Virus record (IMG/VR): IMGVR_UViG_3300025015_000022
Location: 20,465-84,464 of that record
Length of the DNA stretch: 64,000 nucleotides
Source: a virus
Lineage: Duplodnaviria; Caudoviricetes
Direction: 5' to 3' (one strand)
The notes under the pieces were generated by a model. The model was not told where the DNA came from and did not search any database. It saw only the letters and a list, made by a program, of their open reading frames with translations. Positions 19,058 through 29,413 of this stretch are shown one piece after another. The position numbers were made by a program, and so were the translations under genes. The first letter of the stretch is position 1; every line of letters starts with the position of its first letter.

Positions 19058-20047
19058 ATGAGGACGCGGGAAGAGATGCTGGAGGCCAAGCGCGTGATCG
19101 CTGCGGCCGTACGCGGAACGGGCACTGGAACCACCGACGACTTCAGCGCGCAGGGCGGGTTGAAGGTCGAGGAGGTGAAGGCGTTCATCACGGTCATGCA
19201 GGAGGCTGGCAAGCTCGGCGGCCTGGTCAACTGGAAGCAGGTCGGCGCCAAGAGTGGCACGCTGCCCCGCCGGCAGTTCGGCTCGCGGCTCCTGCGCGGC
19301 GCCGGTGAGGGCGTGGCCCCCGGCAGCTACGTGAAGCCCGACGTTTCGCACATCGATTTCGCGTGCAAGAAGGTCCGCCTGGCCTGGGACACCACCGAAG
19401 AGGTCTTCCTCTACGGCGTCGAGGGCGAGGACTATGAGGCTTCGGAGCTCGAAGGGTTCATGAACACCTTCGGCCTGGACCTCATCGACATGGGGCTGAA
19501 CGGCGAGACGGCGACGGACCCCAGCGACCCGGACTACGACTTCCTCAAGGTCGTGAACGGCTGGCTGTACAAGGTTGCCAACGGCGGCGGCAACGTCGTG
19601 GACGCGACGGCGCTCGCGGGTGGCACGGCCATCGGCAAGCACATCTACACGGCGGCCATCAACGCGCTGCCGAACACGTGGCAGTCGCGGCTGGACAAGT
19701 ACATCTGGATCCACAACCCGACTCTGCTGAACACGTTCATCGACGTGCTCTCCGACGTGCCGTCGAGCATGGGCGACCTGGCTACGATGAACAACACGAT
19801 CGAGAACGAGACGATCAAGGGCGTGAAGTACATCCGCGAGGCGTCGATGCCCGTGGACCAGCTTCTGCTCGTGGACCCGGCGCAGCTCGCGATGATCTAC
19901 AACCGCAACATGAAGCTGCGGCGTACGAGCGAGGGCGTGACGGCGGCGAGCGAGGACAAGCGCTTCAGCTTCCTGATCGGCGACTACGACCCCGTCGTGT
20001 ACTGGCCGGAAGCGTGCGTGCTGGTGACGGGCATCACCCTGGTGTAG
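19058..20047 (+). CDS. major capsid protein (HK97 fold, XkdG-like)
   Basis: Follows protease; strong GAGGA RBS; GGLKVEEVKAFI, LIDMGLNGE, IKGVKY, DYDPVVYWPEACV. Confidence 0.85.
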   Translation: MRTREEMLEAKRVIAAAVRGTGTGTTDDFSAQGGLKVEEVKAFITVMQEAGKLGGLVNWKQVGAKSGTLPRRQFGSRLLRGAGEGVAPGSYVKPDVSHIDFACKKVRLAWDTTEEVFLYGVEGEDYEASELEGFMNTFGLDLIDMGLNGETATDPSDPDYDFLKVVNGWLYKVANGGGNVVDATALAGGTAIGKHIYTAAINALPNTWQSRLDKYIWIHNPTLLNTFIDVLSDVPSSMGDLATMNNTIENETIKGVKYIREASMPVDQLLLVDPAQLAMIYNRNMKLRRTSEGVTAASEDKRFSFLIGDYDPVVYWPEACVLVTGITLV

Positions 20048-20114
20048 CCCGGGGCGTGCGAGTGCTGGTGCTGACGACCTGACGACTTGACGCCCGCGAG
20101 GGCAGGAGGATTTC

Positions 20115-20504
20115 ATGAGGCTGAACGTACTCCCGGACTTCGGGACTCCCGGATCGCCGAAGACGGCCGTGATCGAGATCGGGTTCGAGGACTACGACAC
20201 CAACGTGCTGGGCGAGGCGACGGGGCTCGTGCTGCCGGCGAACTGCCTGGCGACGTTCCGGCCGTTCCTGACCGAGGTGTTCAACTCGGGCGCGAGCGAC
20301 ACGATCACGGTGGGCAAGCTGGGCACGCTGACCGCGTACCTGGCCGGCGGCGACATCAACGAAGCGGCGGCCACGGTGCAGGCGGCGGTGGGTCCGTACC
20401 ACATCACCGCCGAGACCGAGGTCTACGTCGACTACCAGTCGACCGGGACCGCTCCGACGACGGGTCGGCTGTTCGTGGCCGTCGACGTCGTGCGGCTGGC
20501 GTAG
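20115..20504 (+). CDS. probable capsid decoration protein
   Basis: 129-aa beta-rich protein directly after the MCP. Confidence 0.55.
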   Translation: MRLNVLPDFGTPGSPKTAVIEIGFEDYDTNVLGEATGLVLPANCLATFRPFLTEVFNSGASDTITVGKLGTLTAYLAGGDINEAAATVQAAVGPYHITAETEVYVDYQSTGTAPTTGRLFVAVDVVRLA

Positions 20505-20524
20505 CCGAAGAGCGGGCGCAGTGA

Positions 20525-20550
20525 CCCCCGCCGGCATGGGTCGGCGGGGG
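20525..20550 (+). terminator. GC-rich hairpin, possible terminator lacking a U-tract
   Basis: CCCCCGCCGGC-ATGG-GTCGGCGGGGG, 11 bp, after the capsid/decoration genes. Confidence 0.45.
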
Positions 20551-20581
20551 GCAGCGCTACCGCGATGGATGGAGGGGTAAG

Positions 20582-21106
20582 ATGGGCGTGTTTCTGAAGC
20601 TGCGAGCGGGTGTGGGCCCTGGCAAGTACGTCTGCGGCAAGACGGTGTTCCTGCGTACCTCGGGTCGCGGGGGTCCGAACGTCGCGGAGGTGGAGCGGGG
20701 CATGGCGGATCGCCTGTTGGGCACGGGGTGGTTCGAGCGGGTGGAAGCGCCCGTCGAGCGCGCAGTGTCGGAGCAGGCGACGGTGACAGTGCGCAGGGGA
20801 CGCGTGGTGGTCTCCGAGGCGCTCGAAGCGTCGGAGTCCGTCGCCAATTCCGTCGAGGCCACCCAGGTCGCCGAGCCCGTCGAATCCATCGAAGAGCACG
20901 AAGTCGACCCGATGGACGAGATGGAGGCGATCGCCGCTCGTGCGGAACGTGAGCCTGCCCATCCGAAGTACACGCGGTCGGTGCTGTCGAAGATGACGAA
21001 GAGCGAACTCGAGGCCATCGCGAAGACCGTGAGCCTCCAGAACCTCGTTGGCCAGAGCATCCGCAAGGACCTGGCCGACGCGATCGCCGAGAAGCTTGGG
21101 CTCTAG
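20582..21106 (+). CDS. head-associated protein with C-terminal Rho-N/HeH-like motif
   Basis: LSKMTKSELEAIAKTVSL...RKDLADAI; Glu-rich linker. Confidence 0.6.
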   Translation: MGVFLKLRAGVGPGKYVCGKTVFLRTSGRGGPNVAEVERGMADRLLGTGWFERVEAPVERAVSEQATVTVRRGRVVVSEALEASESVANSVEATQVAEPVESIEEHEVDPMDEMEAIAARAEREPAHPKYTRSVLSKMTKSELEAIAKTVSLQNLVGQSIRKDLADAIAEKLGL

Positions 21107-21134
21107 TTGCCCCTGTGACCGCGATCGCGAGTAA

Positions 21135-23249
21135 ATGGAGATGACCATGACCACCACCGCGCGCACCAATCTGACGACAAAACTTGCGAAGGGCATCAAC
21201 TCCGGTATCTTCGGGCGTGACCCCTCGACCAAGAAGCTGCTGCTGGAACTGGCGACGACGGAGCAGGTCGCGGCAGAGACGGCGCTGACCGTTCGCGTGG
21301 CAGCGGCAGAGGCGCTGATCGCCGGCGCCAAGGAAGTAGCCGACGCGGCCGCACTCGCGGCTCTCGACACGACCCTGTTCGTCGACGGGCAGTTGGTGGC
21401 GCTGAACAGCACGGGCGTCCTGTACCGCTTCAACCTCGGGGAAGCGACGGGCTCCGAAGACCCGCCCAACACCTACGACGCGACGGACGGCGGCGGCGTG
21501 TACCACGAGGCCGTGGCGAACGACGTGGGCATTCACCTGCCCGTGGCCGACATCGCGACGCTGAAGGCCATCGTGGCGGCGGCTCGCTCCGAGGGTATGC
21601 TGTGCCTAGTCACCAACAACGGCGCCGCCATGGCTGACATCTACCACTACGACGCGACCAGCGTCTCGGCGCAGACGCTTCCCGGCGTCGTGTCGCCCGA
21701 CGATGCGATCGGGCGGTGGTTCGCGGTCGGCGTTTTCGACTTCAAGACGTACTACGACACGTTGTACGCTGCGGTGTCGCACACGCAGACCGCATCGACC
21801 ATCACCGACCTCTCGACGGCCGTCGACGCCATCGTGGCGACGAAGGTGCTGACCCCCGTGGCCGACACCGCGGCCCTCGCGGCCCTCGACGTGGCCGGCG
21901 TACTGACGGCCGGTGCGTCCTGCCTCGTGGTCGACCGTGGTGACGGCTACGCGTGGCGCTACCGCTACGTCGTCGGCGCCGTGCCGAACCCCGACTACGG
22001 GACCATCGGCGGCGTGCGTGTCTACACGGCCGGGACCAACGGCTACTGGACGCCGGAGGATCTGCCCGCGTACCTGCTGGCGGCCGAAGGATTCGACCGC
22101 CAGCGCCTCGGCGCGCTGGGTGGCGCGGTGAAGGGAACCGCCTCGGCGTGGTTCCTGTCGTCCGAGGGCGCCGACGTCAACGGTCACGGCTTCACGCTCG
22201 ATTGGGACGGTGCGCACCCCGAAGAAGTGGTCGTCACCGACGCCATCAAGGACCTGTGCCTGAGCGTTGCGCTGACCGAGACGTACCTGAACCTCGCGAT
22301 CGTGAGCCAGTGCGCCGTGGCGAACAACGCCAGGGCACGCGTTGTCTATGACGACGTGGCGGGGGCATACTGCATCGTGTTCCCGTCCGACGTGACGACC
22401 GCCGCGACGGCGATCACCGCTCCGGCGGTTGCGAACGACATCAGCGTCGGCGCGAAGCTGGCGCTGGAGACGGGCGCGACCGGCGTCCGCACGTTGCCCC
22501 GCAGCCGAAGCATGATCGACTCCGCGCTCGCGCACCCTGCCGAGAGCGGATCGAGCCACGCCGACGTGCTGGCCGCCACGACCGCGCTGACGACCCTGCC
22601 GAGCAAGGGTGCCATCGCGACGGCGATCTTGTCAGAGGGCACGGCCGTCGACTTCGCCGTCAACGACAGTCTGACGGTCGGCGCCGACATCTACGTCGGC
22701 AAGGATGCGCCCGCCGCTCCGTTCGAGTTCCTGCGCGGGACCAATCGCGCGACTTCGATCGCGGCTCTCGTCGCAGAGGCAGCGATCAGCGGGACCGCGC
22801 TCGTCAAGTTGACCGCGGATGGCAACAACATCCTGGCGCAGTCGGCCAGTGCGCCGCAGGGGCCCCTGGTCGCTGGCGGCGGCGGCAACATCGCGCTGGC
22901 GTGCAGCATCGCGGCCGATGCTACGTCGGTGTGGGATCACGGAAATATGAACGAGTCCGGTGCGGCGCCGTCGACGGAGATGGCGCACGCGAACATCGTC
23001 GTGTCGGCAGCGATGGCAGCCGCGTTGGCCGTTGGCGCGGGGGCGGCGTGCATTCTGCTCACGGTGCCGTTCAACACGTCTGCCGCGACGTTGCTGAAGG
23101 TGTCCGTCCGCACGACTGCCGGCGCCTGCCGATACGATGTGACGGACCTGTTCATGCTCGACACGGTCCTGAACTTGGTGGTCGTCGAGAACGCCGGGGT
23201 TACGCACCTCGTGGCCGGCAACATCTTGGACGTCATCATCGTCGCGTAA
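21135..23249 (+). CDS. head fibre/spike-like structural protein
   Basis: 704 aa, Ala/Thr/Val-rich, three VAD-x-A-x-L-x-A modules; between capsid and neck genes. Confidence 0.55.
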   Translation: MEMTMTTTARTNLTTKLAKGINSGIFGRDPSTKKLLLELATTEQVAAETALTVRVAAAEALIAGAKEVADAAALAALDTTLFVDGQLVALNSTGVLYRFNLGEATGSEDPPNTYDATDGGGVYHEAVANDVGIHLPVADIATLKAIVAAARSEGMLCLVTNNGAAMADIYHYDATSVSAQTLPGVVSPDDAIGRWFAVGVFDFKTYYDTLYAAVSHTQTASTITDLSTAVDAIVATKVLTPVADTAALAALDVAGVLTAGASCLVVDRGDGYAWRYRYVVGAVPNPDYGTIGGVRVYTAGTNGYWTPEDLPAYLLAAEGFDRQRLGALGGAVKGTASAWFLSSEGADVNGHGFTLDWDGAHPEEVVVTDAIKDLCLSVALTETYLNLAIVSQCAVANNARARVVYDDVAGAYCIVFPSDVTTAATAITAPAVANDISVGAKLALETGATGVRTLPRSRSMIDSALAHPAESGSSHADVLAATTALTTLPSKGAIATAILSEGTAVDFAVNDSLTVGADIYVGKDAPAAPFEFLRGTNRATSIAALVAEAAISGTALVKLTADGNNILAQSASAPQGPLVAGGGGNIALACSIAADATSVWDHGNMNESGAAPSTEMAHANIVVSAAMAAALAVGAGAACILLTVPFNTSAATLLKVSVRTTAGACRYDVTDLFMLDTVLNLVVVENAGVTHLVAGNILDVIIVA

Positions 23250-23309
23250 TCCGACCGGGCGTGTGGCCCGCCCGGCACGGGCCAACCGCCCGACTCGCTG
23301 GGAGGGGCT

Positions 23310-24008
23310 GTGGGTAACTACGTCACCAGAGAGCAGATCGTCGCGGAGGGGTTCACCGACTCCGATCGCATCGACACGCTCATCGCAGGGGCAGAGCGGT
23401 ACGTCGAGCGGGTGACCGGTCGGTGGTTCTACCGCAAGCTCACGGCGCTGAAGGTCGACGGCAACGGACGGGAGTTGCTGCATCTGCCGCACTGCATCTG
23501 CCAGGGCGACTCGCAGATCACGAAGGTCGAGAGCGGGGTTGCGACGCTAACGGAGTTGGACCTGGACTCCATCATCGTGTGCAACACCGACGACGACCGC
23601 TGGAATCCGAAGCTCGTCTGGAACAACGAGACGGGCGTGCTGGTCGACGACGACGTGATTTACACGTGGCCCAGGGGTCGGCGGAACATCACGGTCACGG
23701 GGTACTTCGGGTTTGTGGATTACGAGCTGGTCGCGCCCGTGGCGCCCGCGACTGAGTACACCCCGACGTGGACGACGCCCCCCGAGATCGCCGAGGTGGT
23801 CAAGCGCCTGGTGGCCCGGGGACTTCCGCTGCTGAGTGACGTGGACGGCCAGGCCGACAGGCAGGCGCACCGCATCACGAGCGAGACGACGGTTGGGCGC
23901 TCGGTGAGCATGGGCGCCTTGCTGGCCACGGGGGGCATGACCGGAGACCCCGACATCGACACAGTGCTGGCCATGTTCCGCCGGCCCATGAGCGGCGGCG
24001 TGGTCTGA
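23310..24008 (+). CDS. head-tail adaptor (gp6/gp15-like)
   Basis: YVTREQI...LIAGAERYVERVTGRWF, RNITVTGYFG, PPEIAEVVKRLV. Confidence 0.75.
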   Translation: MGNYVTREQIVAEGFTDSDRIDTLIAGAERYVERVTGRWFYRKLTALKVDGNGRELLHLPHCICQGDSQITKVESGVATLTELDLDSIIVCNTDDDRWNPKLVWNNETGVLVDDDVIYTWPRGRRNITVTGYFGFVDYELVAPVAPATEYTPTWTTPPEIAEVVKRLVARGLPLLSDVDGQADRQAHRITSETTVGRSVSMGALLATGGMTGDPDIDTVLAMFRRPMSGGVV

Positions 24009-24024
24009 GGCTGAGGAGGAGCGC

Positions 24025-24396
24025 ATGAGGAGCACCTACGTGGGATCGATGGACGTGACGTACTTGGTGATCGTGCCGGTGAACAGGGGCCCGGTGCGGG
24101 TCAAGCTGTTCGGCGGGGTGCAGGTGCAGGTGCTGAGGGCTGGGACGTCGACGCCGATGCAGTTGGGGCAGAGCGACATTGCGGCGCTGTACGCGGCGTG
24201 TCCGGACGTGCGGATCAAGCCGCTGGTGTCGTCGCGGGTGGTGACGCGTGCGGCGGCGGTGGCACAGGCTGCCCTGGTGGTCGAGGCGAACCCGCAGACC
24301 CCCGAGAGCACGCTGGCCATCGAGAGCGCCGAGGCTGCGCGGCCAGAGACGACCGAGAAGAAGTTGAAGCGCCGCAAGCCGGAGGTCACCGAGTGA
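24025..24396 (+). CDS. hypothetical neck-region protein
   Basis: ORF with GAGGAG RBS. Confidence 0.55.
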   Translation: MRSTYVGSMDVTYLVIVPVNRGPVRVKLFGGVQVQVLRAGTSTPMQLGQSDIAALYAACPDVRIKPLVSSRVVTRAAAVAQAALVVEANPQTPESTLAIESAEAARPETTEKKLKRRKPEVTE

Positions 24397-24797
24397 GGAC
24401 GCGCCTGCTGTTCGCCGAGACCGTGACGATCGCGCCCGTGGCTACGGCTACCGGAGCAACGGTCGACCCCCATCGCAGGACGCCACGGATGGCTGACGCT
24501 GGGGGCGCGCAGGTGGTGATTCGCGCGCAGGTGGAGTTCGCGTTGTCCGAGAGCAAGAGCGACGGCGGGTCTGACGTGACGGTGGTTGGCGAGATCACGT
24601 TCAAGAAGGCCGACTGCGCGGCGCTGAGCTACACCCCCGCGAAGGGCGATCGGTTGGTCACCACGGTGTTCCGCGACTACGCCACCCCCGAGGGCGCGGA
24701 GTTGCGGATCGGCGCGAGGCCTGGGCGACTGGACCGCGGGCGACTCGTTCATGCGCCGTTGGAGCTGCGGCACCCCGAGCGGCGGGTGAGCGCATGA
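24393..24797 (+). CDS. probable head closure protein
   Basis: Synteny; beta-rich with PAKGDRL motif. Confidence 0.5.
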   Translation: MRTRLLFAETVTIAPVATATGATVDPHRRTPRMADAGGAQVVIRAQVEFALSESKSDGGSDVTVVGEITFKKADCAALSYTPAKGDRLVTTVFRDYATPEGAELRIGARPGRLDRGRLVHAPLELRHPERRVSA

Positions 24798-25267
24798 CGA
24801 TCGGCGGGGACTGGGACAAGCTCATCAGCGCGATGGGACCGCAGTTCGAGAAGAACCTGGAGGCTGCGGCGGTCGAAGAGTTGAACCGCGTGGGCCGGCT
24901 CACGGTGCGGGTGGCCAAGAAGATGATCCGTGACCGGGAGTACGCGAAGAACGCGGCGAAGACGATCGCGATGAAGCGCGGGTCGACGATGCCGTTGGTG
25001 AATCATCGTGATCTGATGAACTCCATCCGACACGTGCTCGCGGGACGCAAGGAGATGAGCGCGATCGTCGGCGCGAACAAGAAGGACCTGGCTGGAAAAA
25101 ACATCGCCAAGAAGCTGAGCGACGGCGTGAGGGGGAAGGGCGGCGGCTGGTTCATCCCGCCGCGGCCGTTCATGTCGAGGCCGTTGCAGTCCGCTGAGGT
25201 GCAGAAGGGGCTACGTGCTGCGGCGTTGGAGACGGTGCGTAAGGCCATCGCGAAGGGGAAAGCGTGA
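24794..25267 (+). CDS. neck/tail-completion protein (HK97 gp10/Mu gpG-like)
   Basis: PLVNHRDLMNSI, IPPRPFMSRPL. Confidence 0.7.
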   Translation: MTIGGDWDKLISAMGPQFEKNLEAAAVEELNRVGRLTVRVAKKMIRDREYAKNAAKTIAMKRGSTMPLVNHRDLMNSIRHVLAGRKEMSAIVGANKKDLAGKNIAKKLSDGVRGKGGGWFIPPRPFMSRPLQSAEVQKGLRAAALETVRKAIAKGKA

Positions 25268-26574
25268 GATACCACCACCTACCGAGGCAGTTCGGGTTCC
25301 TGGGGTGGAAGACCCCCGGACGGCCGACGTTCGACGCGACGAAGATCCGCGTGGGTACGCAGCCGGTCTACTGCCGTGGTGGCATTCAGTACCCCGCGAG
25401 CGCGACGCTGGTTCGCGACCCCGACGCCGAGGTTGAGCAGCCCGTCTCTGGGTGGCAGACCATCACGTGGCCGTTCGTGGCGCTGACGGCGCTGCGGAGC
25501 GTGCTTCGCGGGCGTGTGGATTACGAGGCCACGGCGACCGAGAGCGAGGTCGAGGTTCGGCTGGTCGGAGCCACTGAGCAGAAGGTCTGGAGCGGCACGG
25601 CGTGGGTCGCGGCGACGACCACGTGGAACACCCCGGCGCAGGTCGAGGCTGGCCTACCGTCGTGGCCTGAGCGCGGCTTGGGCTTGGCGGTGAGGATGCG
25701 CACGGTCGACGGCCTGGCGTCACCGGTGTTCGTCGGGCTCACGGTGCACCTTGAACTGGAGCTGTCGCGGGTGTCGTCGAACGTGCTGCTCCCCAGTGGT
25801 TGGTTCGACGACGCGATCTATCGCGGGCTGATCCCGCTGTTCAACGCAGGCCTGTCGGTGTGGTTCGACACGGAGTTGACCTCGTTCGCGCAGACGCAGG
25901 CGGGCAAGTTCAACCTGGTCGACCTCACTGCGGGGGTGGGAACGCAGAAGGTCACGGTCACGGAGATCGGCGCGGTCTACAACGTCACCGACGATGCGAC
26001 CCGCACGACGCCGCTTCCTGGTGTTGCCACGGCTACGACGTTCACGCTCACGACTCCGATCGTGGTCGGCAAGCGCCTGGCCATCCGTTACAAGGCCAAT
26101 CCCGACATCGTGACCGGTGGCGACCCAGACGAAGACCTGTACGTCGAGCGCATGCCCGCGATGGTCCTCGACGGCTTCCGCGTGCGGGAGCGGGTGCAGG
26201 GTGTCGGACGATCGGTGGTAATTGATGAGGGGGCAGAACTGGCCTACGTCATCGACGCGCCGACGATTGAAGACCTGGGCTTCACGCTGGCGGCCATCGC
26301 GGAGAGCAACGGGGAGGCTGCGGACGTGATTGAGGCGGCGTGCGAGGTGATCGGCAGGACCGGCCGGCGCATGGTCTCCGCGGGCACGGGGATCGGCTAC
26401 GACGTGCTGGAAGTCGGCGCGCTGGAATTCGGGCGCCGGGGCGACCTGCACGAGGCTTCGATCGGGCTGCTCTTGCAGGGCGTGCAGCGGTGGGACACGG
26501 CAGAGCGATCGGTGCCGTACATGGTTGAACCCAGCGTCGGCGACGTAACGCTCGACGCGTGGCAAAGAACTTAG
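25264..26574 (+). CDS. probable tail terminator/neck protein
   Basis: Directly upstream of the sheath; 436 aa. Confidence 0.45.
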   Translation: MRYHHLPRQFGFLGWKTPGRPTFDATKIRVGTQPVYCRGGIQYPASATLVRDPDAEVEQPVSGWQTITWPFVALTALRSVLRGRVDYEATATESEVEVRLVGATEQKVWSGTAWVAATTTWNTPAQVEAGLPSWPERGLGLAVRMRTVDGLASPVFVGLTVHLELELSRVSSNVLLPSGWFDDAIYRGLIPLFNAGLSVWFDTELTSFAQTQAGKFNLVDLTAGVGTQKVTVTEIGAVYNVTDDATRTTPLPGVATATTFTLTTPIVVGKRLAIRYKANPDIVTGGDPDEDLYVERMPAMVLDGFRVRERVQGVGRSVVIDEGAELAYVIDAPTIEDLGFTLAAIAESNGEAADVIEAACEVIGRTGRRMVSAGTGIGYDVLEVGALEFGRRGDLHEASIGLLLQGVQRWDTAERSVPYMVEPSVGDVTLDAWQRT

Positions 26575-26583
26575 GAGGACCCC

Positions 26584-29391
26584 ATGAGTACGTTCGTCTA
26601 CGGACCCCAGGCTGGCGGCGCCGGTGTGCGCGTGTTCCGTCGTGACGCTTCCATCCCGTCGATGCCCGGCGCGTTCGGTTCGAGCGTGGCCATCGGGGCG
26701 TTCCGCAAGGGGCCCGTAGGGGTCGTTCTTCATCAGGGCGGCGCCGACGACGTGAATCGCGTGCGCAAGGATGACCTGATCGTCGAGGACCCGACGCCGC
26801 TGGCGGTGCGGCACTTCTTCGACGCGGGCAAGGGGTCGGGCGTGCTGGCGACGTTGCGGGTGACGGACGGCAACGAGCGTGCGGCGTCGCTGCGGCTGTT
26901 CGACAGGTACGTGGATACCACGGTGCGGGCACTGGCCCCCGACACGCGGACCAACGGCACGGTGGGGCAGTTGGACGCGGCGTCCCCTGGGACGTGGGCG
27001 GGCAAGGGGCTGGAGTACGGTGGTTCGGTGGCGGACGGTGCGGCGGCCGAGACGGGCCCGACGTTCGCGACGGGCTCGATTGCCTTCGCCAAGGACGAGT
27101 TGAAGGGCGGCGTCTTCACGCTCACCGGGCACACGCGCGAGTGGGCGATCACGGGCAACACCGCGGTGGGCGTCGTGACGGTCCAGGGCGACTTCGTGGC
27201 CGAGGCGCTGGCTGCAGTGCCGATCCGCTGGCACGTCTCGGTGCCCAGCGTGCGCTACGACGGCACCAAGAGCGACCTCACTGTCAGGCTGCGCGACGGC
27301 TCGCAGAACCCCGACCTGTCGTTCGGCGTGGTGCTCTCCGAGGACGGCGGCGAGTACAGCCTGCCGAAGCTCCTGGAACTGAGCCTCGACAGCGACGACA
27401 CGCGGCACTGGCAGAAGACGATCGACGAGCTGCTGAGGCAACACGAGCAGTGGGAAGTGGACGCGGCCGACGTGTTCGCCGGAGACCCCGTGTTGGCGCA
27501 CCTGAAGCCTGCGAACTTCGCCGAGATCCCGTTCCCGGGCGGCGTGTCCGGCAACACGGTCAAGCTCGAGACCTTCCGCTACAAGCGCACGGGCACGGGC
27601 GAGGGCTACATCGCGCGCACCGCGTTCACGGTGGGCTCGGCGGTGAAGCCGCACTACCTGGTGCTGACCTTCACCGACGCCACCCACTACACGGTGGAGG
27701 CGTACGACTTCAACGACATGGCGATCGCTGAAGACCTGCCGGCCGGCGAGGTGGCGGTGGCCTACGGCCCGCCCGAGCCGCACCTGTCCGGGCACACGGT
27801 CACAGCGGCCGGCGCGGCTCACGTCGAAGGCGACACCATCACGATCTTCTGCCGCGTGCTGCCGACCGACCTGAAGGCGCGCAAGGCGTGGCTGTACCCG
27901 AACGCGTTCGCCTCGACGCACACGGGCTCGAAGGACGTGACGCAGCGCTTCCGCGTGACGAAGGTGACGCAGAACGCCGACGGCTCGCAGACGCTGACCC
28001 TCGGCTTGAACGACGACCTGGCCGGCATCGCGGTTCCCCCGGGTCTGCCGCAGGCAGTGGGTACGACCTCCGGGACGTACGCGAACAACGCAATCAAGAC
28101 GGTCATGTGCTCGCTGGAAGTCGACGGGGTGATCTCCGGTGTGGCGATCAACGTCTCGACCGCGGGCACGGGTGGCGCCACGGACACCGCTACCCAGGAG
28201 GCGGCGGCCATCAACGCGGCGCTGGCAGCCGAGCCCCGCGTCGAGGCCTTCGTGCACACCGACGACGCCGGGCTGGAGTACGTGGGGCTCCGTGCCACCG
28301 CGGCCTGGGGGAACTACGGGCCGAACGCCTCCATCGTCGTCGACAAGGACGGCACGATCAATACCATCATCGGCTTCTCCGCGGCGGCCGACACCGAGGA
28401 AGAGGGCGAGAACCCGACCACCTGCCGGGTGGAGTACGAGCAGCCGCTGACGGGTGGCATCGACGGGCACCACGACTTGGCGGACGAAGACTACACCAGC
28501 TCGGCCTTCGACCTGGAGGACTCGCCGCTCTTGGACCTGCCGCAGTACAACCTGGGGCTGATCACGCTGTTCGCCCCCGGGCAGTACGGCGGCGACATCC
28601 AGGACGCTGCCCAGGCCTTCTGCGAGCGGCACGGCTTCTGGTGGAACGGCACCGTGCAGTCGACGATCACGACGGAGCAGTCCGCGGGCAAGTGGCAGCG
28701 GGACAACCTCTCGTCGTTCCTGGAGCACGGCTGGCTCACCTTCCCGAGCTACTGCGACCTGGCCGACAACCCCTTCGGTGGGTCGACGGCGTATCAGGCC
28801 GACATGATGGGGCTGATCACGGGGCTCGAGGCGAACCTGTCCGTGCGGCGCAAGGGCTACCAGAAGGCCCCCGCGGGTGCGGACCTGCGGCTCGATGGCT
28901 GGGTGCGCCGGCTGACGACCGACGCGACCGACGACCCGAACCCGATGAACGACGCGATCCTGAACGGGTACGGGATTCGCACGATCATGCACCAGGGGTC
29001 GAGCATCTACCTGTTCGGCGACGAGGCCCCTGGGTTGAACGGCAAGGGGACGATCTGGGTGCACAAGGCGAAGAGCATCCTGCACCTGGTGGCCGAGATC
29101 CGGGCGAACATGTACCAGTACGTCTACGAGGTGGTGGACGACGACCTGCGCAAGAAGGTGGTCTCGGCGTTGCGGAGCATCTTCCGCCCGCACCACAAGG
29201 ACGGCTGGTTCAAGGGTACGGGGGAGTTCGACAGCGACGTGCAGATCGTCGCGAACGACACGAACAACCCTCCCGAGGTGCAGGCGCTGGGCAAGGTGGT
29301 TGCCACCTGCACGTTCGAGATCGTAGAGACGGCGAAGGTCGTCGAGGTGGTGCTTGGGACGAAGGGCATGGCGGTTCGCGCGGCGGCGTAA
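26584..29391 (+). CDS. contractile tail sheath protein (large)
   Basis: N-terminal GAFRKGPVG; C-terminal YQKAPAG, LNGYGIRTI, DTNNPPEVQALGKVVA typical of sheath domains. Confidence 0.85.
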   Translation: MSTFVYGPQAGGAGVRVFRRDASIPSMPGAFGSSVAIGAFRKGPVGVVLHQGGADDVNRVRKDDLIVEDPTPLAVRHFFDAGKGSGVLATLRVTDGNERAASLRLFDRYVDTTVRALAPDTRTNGTVGQLDAASPGTWAGKGLEYGGSVADGAAAETGPTFATGSIAFAKDELKGGVFTLTGHTREWAITGNTAVGVVTVQGDFVAEALAAVPIRWHVSVPSVRYDGTKSDLTVRLRDGSQNPDLSFGVVLSEDGGEYSLPKLLELSLDSDDTRHWQKTIDELLRQHEQWEVDAADVFAGDPVLAHLKPANFAEIPFPGGVSGNTVKLETFRYKRTGTGEGYIARTAFTVGSAVKPHYLVLTFTDATHYTVEAYDFNDMAIAEDLPAGEVAVAYGPPEPHLSGHTVTAAGAAHVEGDTITIFCRVLPTDLKARKAWLYPNAFASTHTGSKDVTQRFRVTKVTQNADGSQTLTLGLNDDLAGIAVPPGLPQAVGTTSGTYANNAIKTVMCSLEVDGVISGVAINVSTAGTGGATDTATQEAAAINAALAAEPRVEAFVHTDDAGLEYVGLRATAAWGNYGPNASIVVDKDGTINTIIGFSAAADTEEEGENPTTCRVEYEQPLTGGIDGHHDLADEDYTSSAFDLEDSPLLDLPQYNLGLITLFAPGQYGGDIQDAAQAFCERHGFWWNGTVQSTITTEQSAGKWQRDNLSSFLEHGWLTFPSYCDLADNPFGGSTAYQADMMGLITGLEANLSVRRKGYQKAPAGADLRLDGWVRRLTTDATDDPNPMNDAILNGYGIRTIMHQGSSIYLFGDEAPGLNGKGTIWVHKAKSILHLVAEIRANMYQYVYEVVDDDLRKKVVSALRSIFRPHHKDGWFKGTGEFDSDVQIVANDTNNPPEVQALGKVVATCTFEIVETAKVVEVVLGTKGMAVRAAA

Positions 29392-29413
29392 CCCTGGCGA
29401 GTCGTGAGGATCG

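Noticed and set aside
25720-29196. Very long minus-strand ORFs (also 6085-8028, 13468-15690, 44742-47330 and others)
   Set aside because: They are shadows of well-supported + strand genes in high-GC DNA, where stops are rare on the antisense frame; their translations are low-complexity Arg/Ala/Gly/His with no motifs.
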